64,000 nt of DNA. It comes from a virus (Duplodnaviria > Caudoviricetes). Where the stretch lies: IMG/VR virus record IMGVR_UViG_3300024346_000003. The stretch is one strand, 5' to 3'. Below the pieces are notes generated by a model. That model saw only the letters and a list, made by a program, of their open reading frames with translations, was not told where the DNA came from and ran no database searches. Below are positions 19,542-26,883 of the stretch, piece after piece (within the stretch, counting starts at the first letter, position 1; each line of letters opens with the position of its first letter). The translations under genes and the position numbers were made by a program.

Positions 19542-19688
19542 ATGGCAAAAGCAACTAAATCTAGTAACGCATCATCTTCATTAAGAAAGGTTACTAAAAA
19601 GAGACCAGGTATTCATTCAACTTCTAAGTATTCTAAACTTAAAAGTTCTAAACGTTATAAAAAATTAAATAAAGGTCAAGGAAGATAA
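19542..19688 (+). CDS. Small highly basic protein (48 aa, not in ORF track)
   Basis: MAKATKSSNASSSLRKVTKKRPGIHSTSKYSKLKSSKRYKKLNKGQGR; TATTTAT box upstream. Confidence 0.6.
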   Translation: MAKATKSSNASSSLRKVTKKRPGIHSTSKYSKLKSSKRYKKLNKGQGR

Positions 19689-19937
19689 TTAACCACCTTT
19701 ATATCTCTCAATGTTTACCCACTTGTATTCCTTTGGACCATCTGGGGTAGATATTCTTTGACATACTTCAGCCCTTATTACATTAAACATTGGGTAATCA
19801 ACTAAGAATAATTCAAAACATTCTATAGGTCTAATTCTATTTGAATGGTAATCCACTAAACCATCATCACCAACAATAAATTGATGTGACTGTGCACGAT
19901 GTTGGGTGTGCAAAAATAATACTGTTAAATTTTCCAT
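19689..19937 (-). CDS. Hypothetical protein
   Basis: 82 aa at the distal end of tRNA operon A. Confidence 0.5.
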   Translation of the reverse strand: MENLTVLFLHTQHRAQSHQFIVGDDGLVDYHSNRIRPIECFELFLVDYPMFNVIRAEVCQRISTPDGPKEYKWVNIERYKGG

Positions 19938-19953
19938 AATAATGTTGGGTTAG

Positions 19954-20041
19954 TGAATGTGGTGGGAATCGAACCCACGTTGGAGAATTAACTCACCAGA
20001 TTAAGAGTCTGGACCGTTCGCCTAGCTACGGATACACATTC
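19954..20041 (-). tRNA. tRNA-Lys(CTT)-like with long variable arm
   Basis: Acceptor GAATGTG/CACATTC, anticodon arm CCAGA-CTCTTAA-TCTGG, 17-nt variable arm, T arm GTGGG-TTCGATT-CCCAC. Confidence 0.65.
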
Positions 20042-20048
20042 AATTTAG

Positions 20049-20121
20049 TGCGCCTGGAGGGCCTTGAACCCTCTACCTTCCCGTTAAAAGCGGGAAGCCC
20101 GTCCACATGAGCTTCAGGCGC
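20049..20121 (-). tRNA. tRNA-Lys(TTT)
   Basis: TCCCG-CTTTTAA-CGGGA; acceptor GCGCCTG/CAGGCGC. Confidence 0.85.
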
Positions 20122-20125
20122 ATAA

Positions 20126-20770
20126 TTAAAATTTCCTACCTATTTTCCATCCATTTTTAAGATAAAAATCAAGGTCTTCCTTTTTAATTTTCTTTACTTC
20201 CTTAGCATTAGTAATCCAGCAAGTTCCAAATTGTGAGTTAGCTTTGCCAGTTCTTTGTTTAGCTTTTTCACTCATTTTACACTTACTCTCTTTGGAATGG
20301 GTTCTATCTTTAAAACTTAAATCACCAGTTACCTTTCTTTTACCATTTTGGTATTGCGTTTTAAGTGAATTGCTTATGTTTTCACTAACTCTATTAACCC
20401 ATTCTGGGTCATTTTCTCTAAGAGTCTTCATCAACTCATTGGTTGCTTTTGAACCCATTTGTTGAATTTCATTCGTGAAACCACCATACCCACCAACTTT
20501 AAGGTTCATACAGTCTTCTTTAGCAATCTCATTAAGATTAACAATTTCGGCTTCTCTAGCTTTAAGTTCGGGTCTACTATCAACAAACTCAAGTATTTCG
20601 ACTTTATGGTTTTCTTTACCATACTTGTTAATCGAGTACCTAAGTCTCTTTCCAGAACCCATGTAACCGTCATTCAAGTTATCTGTTGAATGCATTCCTA
20701 AATAATACTTACCACTAAGTAAGTTAGTTGTTTTGTAAATGAAGTGGTACTTCTTTTCCTTTCTTGACAT
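20126..20770 (-). CDS. GIY-YIG-type (Seg-like) homing endonuclease with NUMOD3-like motif
   Basis: FIYKTTNLLSGKYYLGMH, GYMGSG, HSKESKCKMSEKAK; sits between two tRNA-Lys genes. Confidence 0.8.
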   Translation of the reverse strand: MSRKEKKYHFIYKTTNLLSGKYYLGMHSTDNLNDGYMGSGKRLRYSINKYGKENHKVEILEFVDSRPELKAREAEIVNLNEIAKEDCMNLKVGGYGGFTNEIQQMGSKATNELMKTLRENDPEWVNRVSENISNSLKTQYQNGKRKVTGDLSFKDRTHSKESKCKMSEKAKQRTGKANSQFGTCWITNAKEVKKIKKEDLDFYLKNGWKIGRKF

Positions 20771-20819
20771 ATCTATTGTTTTATAATAAATATGTCGTTA
20801 AGTACAAAAAACAACTATC

Positions 20820-20895
20820 TGGTGCGCCCGACAGGGTTTGAACCTGTGACTCGTAAATTAAAAGTTTACTACTCTACCAACTGAGTTACGAGCGC
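20820..20895 (-). tRNA. tRNA-Lys(TTT), CCA encoded
   Basis: GTAAA-CTTTTAA-TTTAC; canonical cloverleaf. Confidence 0.92.
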
Positions 20896-20994
20896 ATATT
20901 TCTTCTTATGACACTCGTAACTTTTACAGCCGAGTGCCCTAACGTTTCTTCTTCTTTTTTGAAATGATTGTTAAGTTTTTCATAATTTTTAATT

Positions 20995-21180
20995 TTATTG
21001 TTTTATATTATCTTTTTCAATAGCAATGAGTTCATTTTCTATACCCATACCATATTTAGTTGAAGCAATGCAAAATACTATAGTTGCTTCAGTAACAGCT
21101 TCAATTATTTCCTCAATTGAGGTATCTTTTGAAACATTTGTTTCCATACCCAATAATGGTATTTTTATTGTTGAACTCAT
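20995..21180 (-). CDS. Small hypothetical protein inside tRNA operon A
   Basis: 61 aa in a spacer, no tRNA overlap. Confidence 0.4.
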   Translation of the reverse strand: MSSTIKIPLLGMETNVSKDTSIEEIIEAVTEATIVFCIASTKYGMGIENELIAIEKDNIKQ

Positions 21181-21195
21181 AATTTATTATTTTAG

Positions 21196-21346
21196 TGGGG
21201 CTGGGGGGAATCGAACCTAGGTTACCCTATCTACTTCGCTTCAATGATTTGTTTGTCGACCAACGCCTCATATTCACTTTTTGACCTTAGCTGCTATAGC
21301 ACCGCCTTATCGTGGCGGGTCGGTTCACCTCACCGCAAGCAACCCC
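21196..21346 (-). ncRNA. 151-nt tRNA-like RNA with internal 17-codon reading frame (tmRNA-like?)
   Basis: Acceptor GGGGTTG/CAGCCCC-A, TTCGATT loop, no anticodon arm. Confidence 0.45.
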
Positions 21347-21351
21347 ATGTG

Positions 21352-21423
21352 AGCAGACGGCCAGAATCGAACTGGCATCCTCGATTTGGTAAACCGATGC
21401 ACTAACCGTTGTGCTACGCCCGC
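21352..21423 (-). tRNA. tRNA-Gly(ACC)
   Basis: TCGGT-TTACCAA-ATCGA; acceptor GCGGGCG/CGTCTGC, U73. Confidence 0.8.
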
Positions 21424-21470
21424 ATTCTATTTTTTACCTCTATCATAAGAGCTTAAAATATAACAGCCCG

Positions 21471-21547
21471 TGGAGCGGGTGGTGGGACTCAAACCCACAA
21501 CCCCCAGCTTGGAAGGCTAGTGCTCTAATCAATTGAGCTACACCCGC
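21471..21547 (-). tRNA. tRNA-Gly(TCC), CCA encoded
   Basis: CTAGC-CTTCCAA-GCTGG. Confidence 0.92.
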
Positions 21548-21662
21548 ATTTAATAACGTCAGTAGGACTTAACTGGAACCTCTCATTTATATCCAATCAT
21601 CAACGGGTAATTAACCCATAAGGCGTAATCCATACATTGCTGCACGTATATCCTACTTATTG

Positions 21663-21734
21663 AGCACTCTCCCAGAATCGAACTGAGTTATCTGATTTAC
21701 AAGACCAGTGCATCACCGAGTATGCTTAGAGTGC
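21663..21734 (-). tRNA. tRNA-Thr(TGT)
   Basis: CTGGT-CTTGTAA-ATCAG. Confidence 0.88.
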
Positions 21735-21802
21735 AAAATGATTTTTATTTCCCCCTTGAAAAGCCAAGTACAAGTCAAAAATCTAAAATTTACCCTAGCG
21801 AG

Positions 21803-21883
21803 TCGGAGCGGAGGGATTCGAACCCCCATGCCGTTAGGACTTGATTTACAGTCAAGCGAGCCAGCCAATTGCTCAACACTCCG
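21803..21883 (-). tRNA. tRNA-Tyr(GTA)
   Basis: CTTGA-CTGTAAA-TCAAG, long variable arm. Confidence 0.9.
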
Positions 21884-21889
21884 AAATAC

Positions 21890-21947
21890 AGGATGGTACA
21901 CTGTTCCAAATTAAAAGTTTGATAGTATATATTGCTGTAACCATCCT
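21890..21947 (-). ncRNA. Hairpin element with CAGCAA motif and a tRNA-Lys anticodon stem-loop mimic
   Basis: AGGATGGT...ACCATCCT closing stem; internal CAAA-CTTTTAA-TTTG. Confidence 0.45.
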
Positions 21948-21951
21948 TTGT

Positions 21952-22024
21952 TATCCGAGAGGGCTTCGAACCCCCAGATTCTCCCTTCAAAGGGGAGTGA
22001 CTTTGCCAGTTTGTCTATCGGACA
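21952..22024 (-). tRNA. tRNA-Gln(TTG)
   Basis: CTCCC-CTTTGAA-GGGAG. Confidence 0.9.
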
Positions 22025-22073
22025 ATAACTTCCCATAACTTATTTTTTTAATGGCTTATGGAAACCATATCAG

Positions 22074-22147
22074 TCGAGATTGGAGGAATTTAACCTACCA
22101 TTCAACACCCCCCATGAGTGTGGTCTTAAACAATAGACGAAATCTCG
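22074..22147 (-). pseudogene. Degenerate tRNA, anticodon undetermined (6- or 8-nt loop containing CATGGG)
   Basis: Acceptor CGAGATT/AATCTCG and D arm intact; anticodon loop and T loop aberrant. Confidence 0.5.
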
Positions 22148-22150
22148 TTG

Positions 22151-22224
22151 TCGAATAGGCTGGATTCGAACCAGCGTGCTCGGCATTCCAAATGCCGCTA
22201 GATAAACCGCTCCTATACTACTCG
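22151..22224 (-). tRNA. tRNA-Pro(TGG)
   Basis: CGGCA-TTTGGAA-TGCCG. Confidence 0.82.
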
Positions 22225-22276
22225 TTAAATTACGTTCCTATCTCTACAGCAGTTTACGTACAACTATAACTGTTCG

Positions 22277-22352
22277 TAGGGATACAGAGACTCGAACTCT
22301 GATGATGCCTACGTCCCAAACGTAGTGACTTAGCCAATTAGTCCACATCCCT
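22277..22352 (-). tRNA. tRNA-Pro(TGG)
   Basis: CTACG-TTTGGGA-CGTAG. Confidence 0.88.
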
Positions 22353-22399
22353 ATAAATTACATTCCTACTAGAGTTTATGTATAACTTAATTACCCAAC

Positions 22400-22411
22400 A
22401 TGTCAAAGAAC
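22400..22411 (-). promoter_or_regulatory. boxA-like antitermination signal
   Basis: GTTCTTTGACAT, identical copy at 54875-54886. Confidence 0.45.
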
Positions 22412-22453
22412 ATATAAACTTTATTTTTTGTCCCGTTTATAAAATTATGGACA

Positions 22454-22490
22454 TAAAAAAACCCGAACTGCAATTAGCGATTCGGGTTTT
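22454..22490 (-). terminator. Attenuator terminator, tRNA operon A
   Basis: AACCCGAA-TCGCTAATTGCAG-TTCGGGTT followed by a U tract. Confidence 0.88.
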
Positions 22491-22512
22491 AAATATCTTG
22501 TTGTTTTAATGA

Positions 22513-22617
22513 TTAAATGATTTCCTCACTACCAACTTGATATGACACACCCGTCACACTAGGCTTCCCGCCTTGCGTATACTGTTTCGGTTGATATGTC
22601 GTACCTGTTGTTCTCAT
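22513..22617 (-). CDS. Attenuator leader peptide A (Thr/Gly/Tyr/Gln/Pro/Lys sensor), 34 aa
   Basis: MRTTGTTYQPKQYTQGGKPSVTGVSYQVGSEEII; codons 3-19 all T/G/Y/Q/P/K. Confidence 0.85.
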   Translation of the reverse strand: MRTTGTTYQPKQYTQGGKPSVTGVSYQVGSEEII

Positions 22618-22661
22618 TTTATTTTTTTTAATTATTTTTTACTGTTTCTATTAAATATATG

Positions 22662-22693
22662 CAAATATACTAAAAGTTTATAATATATGCAAC
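22662..22693 (-). promoter_or_regulatory. Bacteroidota-type promoter of tRNA operon A
   Basis: TATATTTG (-7 box) within the shared AACTTTTAGTATATTTGCATATATTTAAT block; TTG upstream. Confidence 0.8.
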
Positions 22694-22762
22694 TTTTTTT
22701 TAAATTATTTTTTTTAACCCACAGGTTTGATTGCTCAGGGACCCATGGTAATTATTTTTTAG

Positions 22763-22833
22763 AAGCGGATTCAGGACTCGAACCTGGCTATGGGGTTATG
22801 AGCCCCTTGTGCTACCAATTACACCAAACCGCA
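22763..22833 (-). tRNA. Initiator tRNA-fMet(CAT)
   Basis: AGGGG-CTCATAA-CCCCA with three consecutive G-C pairs; unpaired 1:72. Confidence 0.75.
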
Positions 22834-22838
22834 ATATG

Positions 22839-22912
22839 TTCACCATAAGGGACTTCAACCCTCATCTCCACTCCCAAACGGAATAGTGCACTTACTTTGT
22901 GCTAATGGTAAA
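22839..22912 (-). pseudogene. Degenerate tRNA (Pro-like loop sequence, enlarged loop)
   Basis: Acceptor TTACCAT/ATGGTGA, D arm GCAC/GTGC; loop CCGTTTGGG; T loop TTGAAGT. Confidence 0.45.
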
Positions 22913-22923
22913 TAATGTTAGCC

Positions 22924-22975
22924 AGAATCATCTTTTTTTTCATAAACGAATTTTTGAATTTGCTGAACTGATTCT
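22924..22975 (-). ncRNA. Second CAGCAA-containing hairpin element
   Basis: AGAATCA-GTTCAGCAA...TGATTCT. Confidence 0.35.
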
Positions 22976-22989
22976 TATGCTAATTTTTT

Positions 22990-23229
22990 GAGACTGTCCA
23001 GATTTAATAATTACCTTATTCACCTTAAATATGCGGCGATTAAATAGTTTATTCACCGCAAGGTTGTTATGGCAGTGTAACCCTGTCTCGTAATATCTTT
23101 ATCCCAAAATGATTTTTTGTGTTTTTCATCCCAGCGGATTAACCCATTTTACGTCTTCGGCTTTGCTTTGGCGAGAGTCTACTGTTATTCGACTGCATCC
23201 TACTTGCACCTGTTGGGGTGGTCTGACGT
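22990..23229 (-). ncRNA. Candidate structured ncRNA(s)
   Basis: GC-richer non-coding stretch with nested stems (GAGAC/GTCTC, GCGGTGA/TCGCCGC, ACGTC/GACGT, CACC/GGTG, AGTC/GACT). Confidence 0.4.
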
Positions 23230-23467
23230 TTAACCTTTTTTTTATATGGAAGTCTTACCATCTTTATTAATTCCGTAGTTCCAATGATACAAGTACCATT
23301 TTTCCTTACCAATTAATATCTCATGTAGTTTGTCTGTTTGGTTGCAGAACTCATTTTTTTGGATAAATGTTTTATAATAAATTAAAGAACGTTTTCTTAT
23401 TTGTTTTACAAAGATAGTAACTATTTTTTGATTTGTCAACTACTTTATGAAAATATTTTAATATTTT

Positions 23468-23878
23468 TTAAAAATTCCACTCATTATTTGGTTTAACATC
23501 TTGATTATCAGTTAAATCAGTAATAAAAGTTTTTTTATTAATATCATCTCTAATTCTAGCTGCATCTTCATATCTTTCTTCAGTAACGGCTAACTCAAGT
23601 TGTTTTTGTAATGGTAATTCTTTTTTGACACCAGAAGTTTCAAGTGGTGAACCCACCATTTCAATTTTAACTATAGTACCATGTTCATTTTCCCATTCAG
23701 TTCTTTCAAATGTGTAACCACCATCTTCATATCTAGATACCGATTTAGGTTCACCTAATTCACTTTCATCATCATTTTTTAATGATTCTCTCATATTCAT
23801 TAAAGTTTTAATGAATTTTTGTAATTTCTCATTTTTCTTATTCCCATTATTAAAGGATTCGTCAAAATTATCAAACAT
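23468..23878 (-). CDS. UVR (UvrB/UvrC) motif protein
   Basis: LQKQLELAVTEERYEDAARIRDDI. Confidence 0.7.
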   Translation of the reverse strand: MFDNFDESFNNGNKKNEKLQKFIKTLMNMRESLKNDDESELGEPKSVSRYEDGGYTFERTEWENEHGTIVKIEMVGSPLETSGVKKELPLQKQLELAVTEERYEDAARIRDDINKKTFITDLTDNQDVKPNNEWNF

Positions 23879-24003
23879 AACTATTTTTTATTTATTGATT
23901 TATTATAATTTATATTGTCAAGTAAAATGCCAAATAATATTTAGTGACATTTAGTCATTAAATATCTATTTTTAAAAAATCTTAACTGACAATTAGTCAG
24001 GTA

Positions 24004-24231
24004 TTAATTTTTCTTAACTTTTTTAATTAGGTGTTTAATAGGGTTTACCTTAGAAAAGTGAAAATAAAGACCAAAGCAAAATGCTGATAATAGGTAAAAA
24101 ATAAATGTGGTAATTCCATAAGAACCTGTTAGTTGAAATATCATGTAAAATAGTATATCGAAACCCATCGGATTGAAGAACATTCCTAGCATTAGCATTA
24201 TTATCGATATTTTTCTGTTTACTGGGGTCAC
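24004..24231 (-). CDS. Small membrane protein
   Basis: 75 aa, two hydrophobic segments. Confidence 0.5.
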   Translation of the reverse strand: MTPVNRKISIIMLMLGMFFNPMGFDILFYMIFQLTGSYGITTFIFYLLSAFCFGLYFHFSKVNPIKHLIKKVKKN

Positions 24232-24315
24232 TGTCCATAATTGTTTTAATTTTTTAATATTATAAAAACCGCTACATATAAATATATAGCGGTTTTGGTT
24301 TATTTAAGTTATTTT

Positions 24316-24489
24316 TTAATACCAACAAGTTATCATAGATACTCCTGGTACTAAACCAATAGCGTGAATTATTTCCTCTTTCCAAACTGGACCTTCAAAG
24401 TCACAATTTAATAATTTCACGATGTTTACAATCCAAGCTATTAAAACGTAAGCCCAAATTAAAAATGGTATTAAAGCTAATTTTCTCAT
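24316..24489 (-). CDS. Small membrane protein (57 aa, not in ORF track)
   Basis: MRKLALIPFLIWAYVLIAWIVNIVKLLNCDFEG...; promoter box at 24527. Confidence 0.55.
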   Translation of the reverse strand: MRKLALIPFLIWAYVLIAWIVNIVKLLNCDFEGPVWKEEIIHAIGLVPGVSMITCWY

Positions 24490-24577
24490 TACTAAATTTT
24501 AAATGTTTATATTTTTTTTGTTTTTACAAATATACCTATAATATTTCATTTAAACAAATAAAAAATGATTTTTTTTT

Positions 24578-24642
24578 AAAGTGGAAACAGGACTCGAACC
24601 TGTGGGTACCAACGATGTAATAAATCACAACAATTCCACTCT
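24578..24642 (-). ncRNA. Mini tRNA-like RNA (acceptor + T arm only)
   Basis: AGAGTGGAA/TTCCACTTT stem and ACAGG-TTCGAGT-CCTGT. Confidence 0.45.
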
Positions 24643-24715
24643 AAAAAATTATCCTCTATTATCTGGACCATTCATGATTATATAGAAAAATATAAGGATG
24701 ATAAATATTGTCATA

Positions 24716-25534
24716 TTATGAATTTATTAAAAGTTGTTTTATTTCATTAACTATATCTAAATGTTGTGGACCAAATTTCTCCCAAGCTAATCCCATTTCC
24801 TTTAAATCATAGTGTTTAACTACTGTGCTATAATCTTTAACACCATCTTTGTGTCCTATTATGTAGATACTATCAGCTAATTCAACCGCCAAATTTATAT
24901 CGTGTGTTGAAAATATGATGGTGTTCAACTCATGACTTTCTTGTATTAATTTGAATGCTGATTTAACATTCTCAATATTACCAACATCTAAACCACTGAA
25001 CGGTTCATCAAATACCATAAAATGACCTGATGATAACAGTTGTTCAATAATCGCAGTTCTTTGTCTTTGACCACCAGATAATTCACATGGGTATTTATCC
25101 TTATGTTCAAATAATCCCCAATCAGTTAGATACTTATCAATCAGTGTTGATTTCTCATCTTTAGTAATACCTTTCTTTCTTAAGGCATAATTACAGATTT
25201 GTGTGATTGTTTTGTGTCTGAACAATGTATACTTTTGGTCAACAAACCCAACATCACCTTCACCAACCAATTTAGCATCATCTTTATTGACACTACTTAT
25301 ATCAGTAATCAATACTCTACCAGTTGTTGGTTTAATCAAACCAGTCAAAGCTTTGAATAATGTTGATTTACCTCTACCAGAACGACCAACTACTGCGATT
25401 GTCTGACCAACTACAGAACCTTCCGAAATAACATCGTGTTCAGTAATATTAATATCTTTAATAATTGTTTTACCATCATATGCAACACTAATGTTGTCAA
25501 GACATAAAATTGTTTCTTTAATTTCGTATTTCAT
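24716..25534 (-). CDS. ABC transporter ATP-binding protein (NitT/TauT-like)
   Basis: GRSGRGKST, LSGGQRQR, FDEPFSGLD, STHD. Confidence 0.92.
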   Translation of the reverse strand: MKYEIKETILCLDNISVAYDGKTIIKDINITEHDVISEGSVVGQTIAVVGRSGRGKSTLFKALTGLIKPTTGRVLITDISSVNKDDAKLVGEGDVGFVDQKYTLFRHKTITQICNYALRKKGITKDEKSTLIDKYLTDWGLFEHKDKYPCELSGGQRQRTAIIEQLLSSGHFMVFDEPFSGLDVGNIENVKSAFKLIQESHELNTIIFSTHDINLAVELADSIYIIGHKDGVKDYSTVVKHYDLKEMGLAWEKFGPQHLDIVNEIKQLLINS

Positions 25535-25536
25535 AA

Positions 25537-26304
25537 TTAGATTTTTGAATATCTGAATAAACGTTTTCTGATGAATGTTAATGTGAAGTCCATAAATAGA
25601 CCAACTAACAAGATGATTAACTGCAATGCAATGATTCGACCATGATTCATGAACTTATCAGAATTTTTAATAAGAAATCCTAAACCACCAGCAGCCGCTA
25701 ATATTGATTCAACCGTTACTAACATCATCCACACAATTGCTAGATTTTGTCTAACTACTTCAATAACGTAGTCCACACGACCTTTAATTACAACTTCCCA
25801 TAGAATCTCCCATCTATTGCAACCAAGTGCTCTAGCGTGGTCAAAATCCTCTTGTGGGATATCTTTTAGCATTGCTAATAATGATGTTGTTAAATAAGTT
25901 GTCATAAATGTTACCAACACCCAAACTTGAATTGCTCTACCATCAGTTAATAATATTGATATGTAAAATGAAATTCCAGTTAAAGGTAGGTATCTAAATT
26001 TACTTAAAATATTAGATATCGGTGATATTACTGGTAGTGTTGATAGATACGCAAATACCAAGGATATTGATATTGCAATTAATACAGCTTTACCACATAG
26101 TGCTAATGAACTAAATATGTGAACAATTAATCCCTCTTTATAAAGTTCAGATACACCACTAAATACTTGACCTGGTGTTGGGAACATATGTGTAGTCCCA
26201 AGACTAGATAAAACCCAAAGTGTTATAATGGTTAACAACCAACCTAATCCTATAAAAAGTTTAGTTTTTTGGGTTATATTCTCGAAAGGTTTAAAAATAT
26301 TCAT
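25537..26304 (-). CDS. ABC transporter permease
   Basis: TM helices; DHARALGCNRWEIL (EAA loop); GGLGFLI. Confidence 0.88.
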   Translation of the reverse strand: MNIFKPFENITQKTKLFIGLGWLLTIITLWVLSSLGTTHMFPTPGQVFSGVSELYKEGLIVHIFSSLALCGKAVLIAISISLVFAYLSTLPVISPISNILSKFRYLPLTGISFYISILLTDGRAIQVWVLVTFMTTYLTTSLLAMLKDIPQEDFDHARALGCNRWEILWEVVIKGRVDYVIEVVRQNLAIVWMMLVTVESILAAAGGLGFLIKNSDKFMNHGRIIALQLIILLVGLFMDFTLTFIRKRLFRYSKI

Positions 26305-26309
26305 ACTGA

Positions 26310-26813
26310 TTAGAAATTGTAAGTAAGTCCTGTACTGATATAATCAATACCATCCCAGTTGCTTGATTGAATAAAAATACCGTATTTTTTGATACTTACT
26401 GACATCCCAACACCATATTCAATGAATAATTGTTTTGTTGAAATATAATTACCAATACCAAATATACCATAGACACTAATTGGTCCAATTGGTTGATTAA
26501 ATGATGTTTTAACTTCATACCAGTAGTTTTGAATTGCATCACCATGGAAATCTAAATTACCTCTACCAGCAACTAAACCTAAACCAAAGTTGTCATACAT
26601 ACCACCAAATTCAATTGATGGGTAAGATGTTTTACCAAATGTTGATGAACCAGTGTTTGAAATTGAGATACCAGCTGATAAGTAATAACAAACTTTAGCT
26701 GAGTCAGAACCCTTTAATTCTGAATTATCAAAGTCAGTTGTAGTCCCTAATTTAATTTGATTGAATGATGTTAATGACACCAATAATGATAATACTAATA
26801 ATAAATTTTTCAT
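26310..26813 (-). CDS. Exported protein, possibly a small outer-membrane beta-barrel
   Basis: Signal peptide, alternating beta-strand pattern, C-terminal ...GLTYNF. Confidence 0.55.
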   Translation of the reverse strand: MKNLLLVLSLLVSLTSFNQIKLGTTTDFDNSELKGSDSAKVCYYLSAGISISNTGSSTFGKTSYPSIEFGGMYDNFGLGLVAGRGNLDFHGDAIQNYWYEVKTSFNQPIGPISVYGIFGIGNYISTKQLFIEYGVGMSVSIKKYGIFIQSSNWDGIDYISTGLTYNF

Positions 26814-26831
26814 TTTGTTTTTTTTAAGGTT

Positions 26832-26866
26832 AAAAAATGGGGTAAACCTTAGATTTACCCCATTTT
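26832..26866 (-). terminator. Intrinsic terminator after OmpA-domain gene
   Basis: ATGGGGTAAA...TTTACCCCAT followed by a U tract. Confidence 0.75.
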
Positions 26867-26883
26867 AATGTTTAATTTTCAGA

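Noticed and set aside
19954-20041. Reading this tRNA as Leu(TAA) or an ochre suppressor (TTA)
   Set aside because: The 5-bp stem fixes a 7-nt loop CTCTTAA with U33 before CTT; other registers break the stem.
21708-22038. ORF-track calls of 62-68 aa on both strands over the Thr/Tyr/Gln tRNAs
   Set aside because: They overlap clear tRNA genes; chance ORFs from GC-richer RNA sequence.
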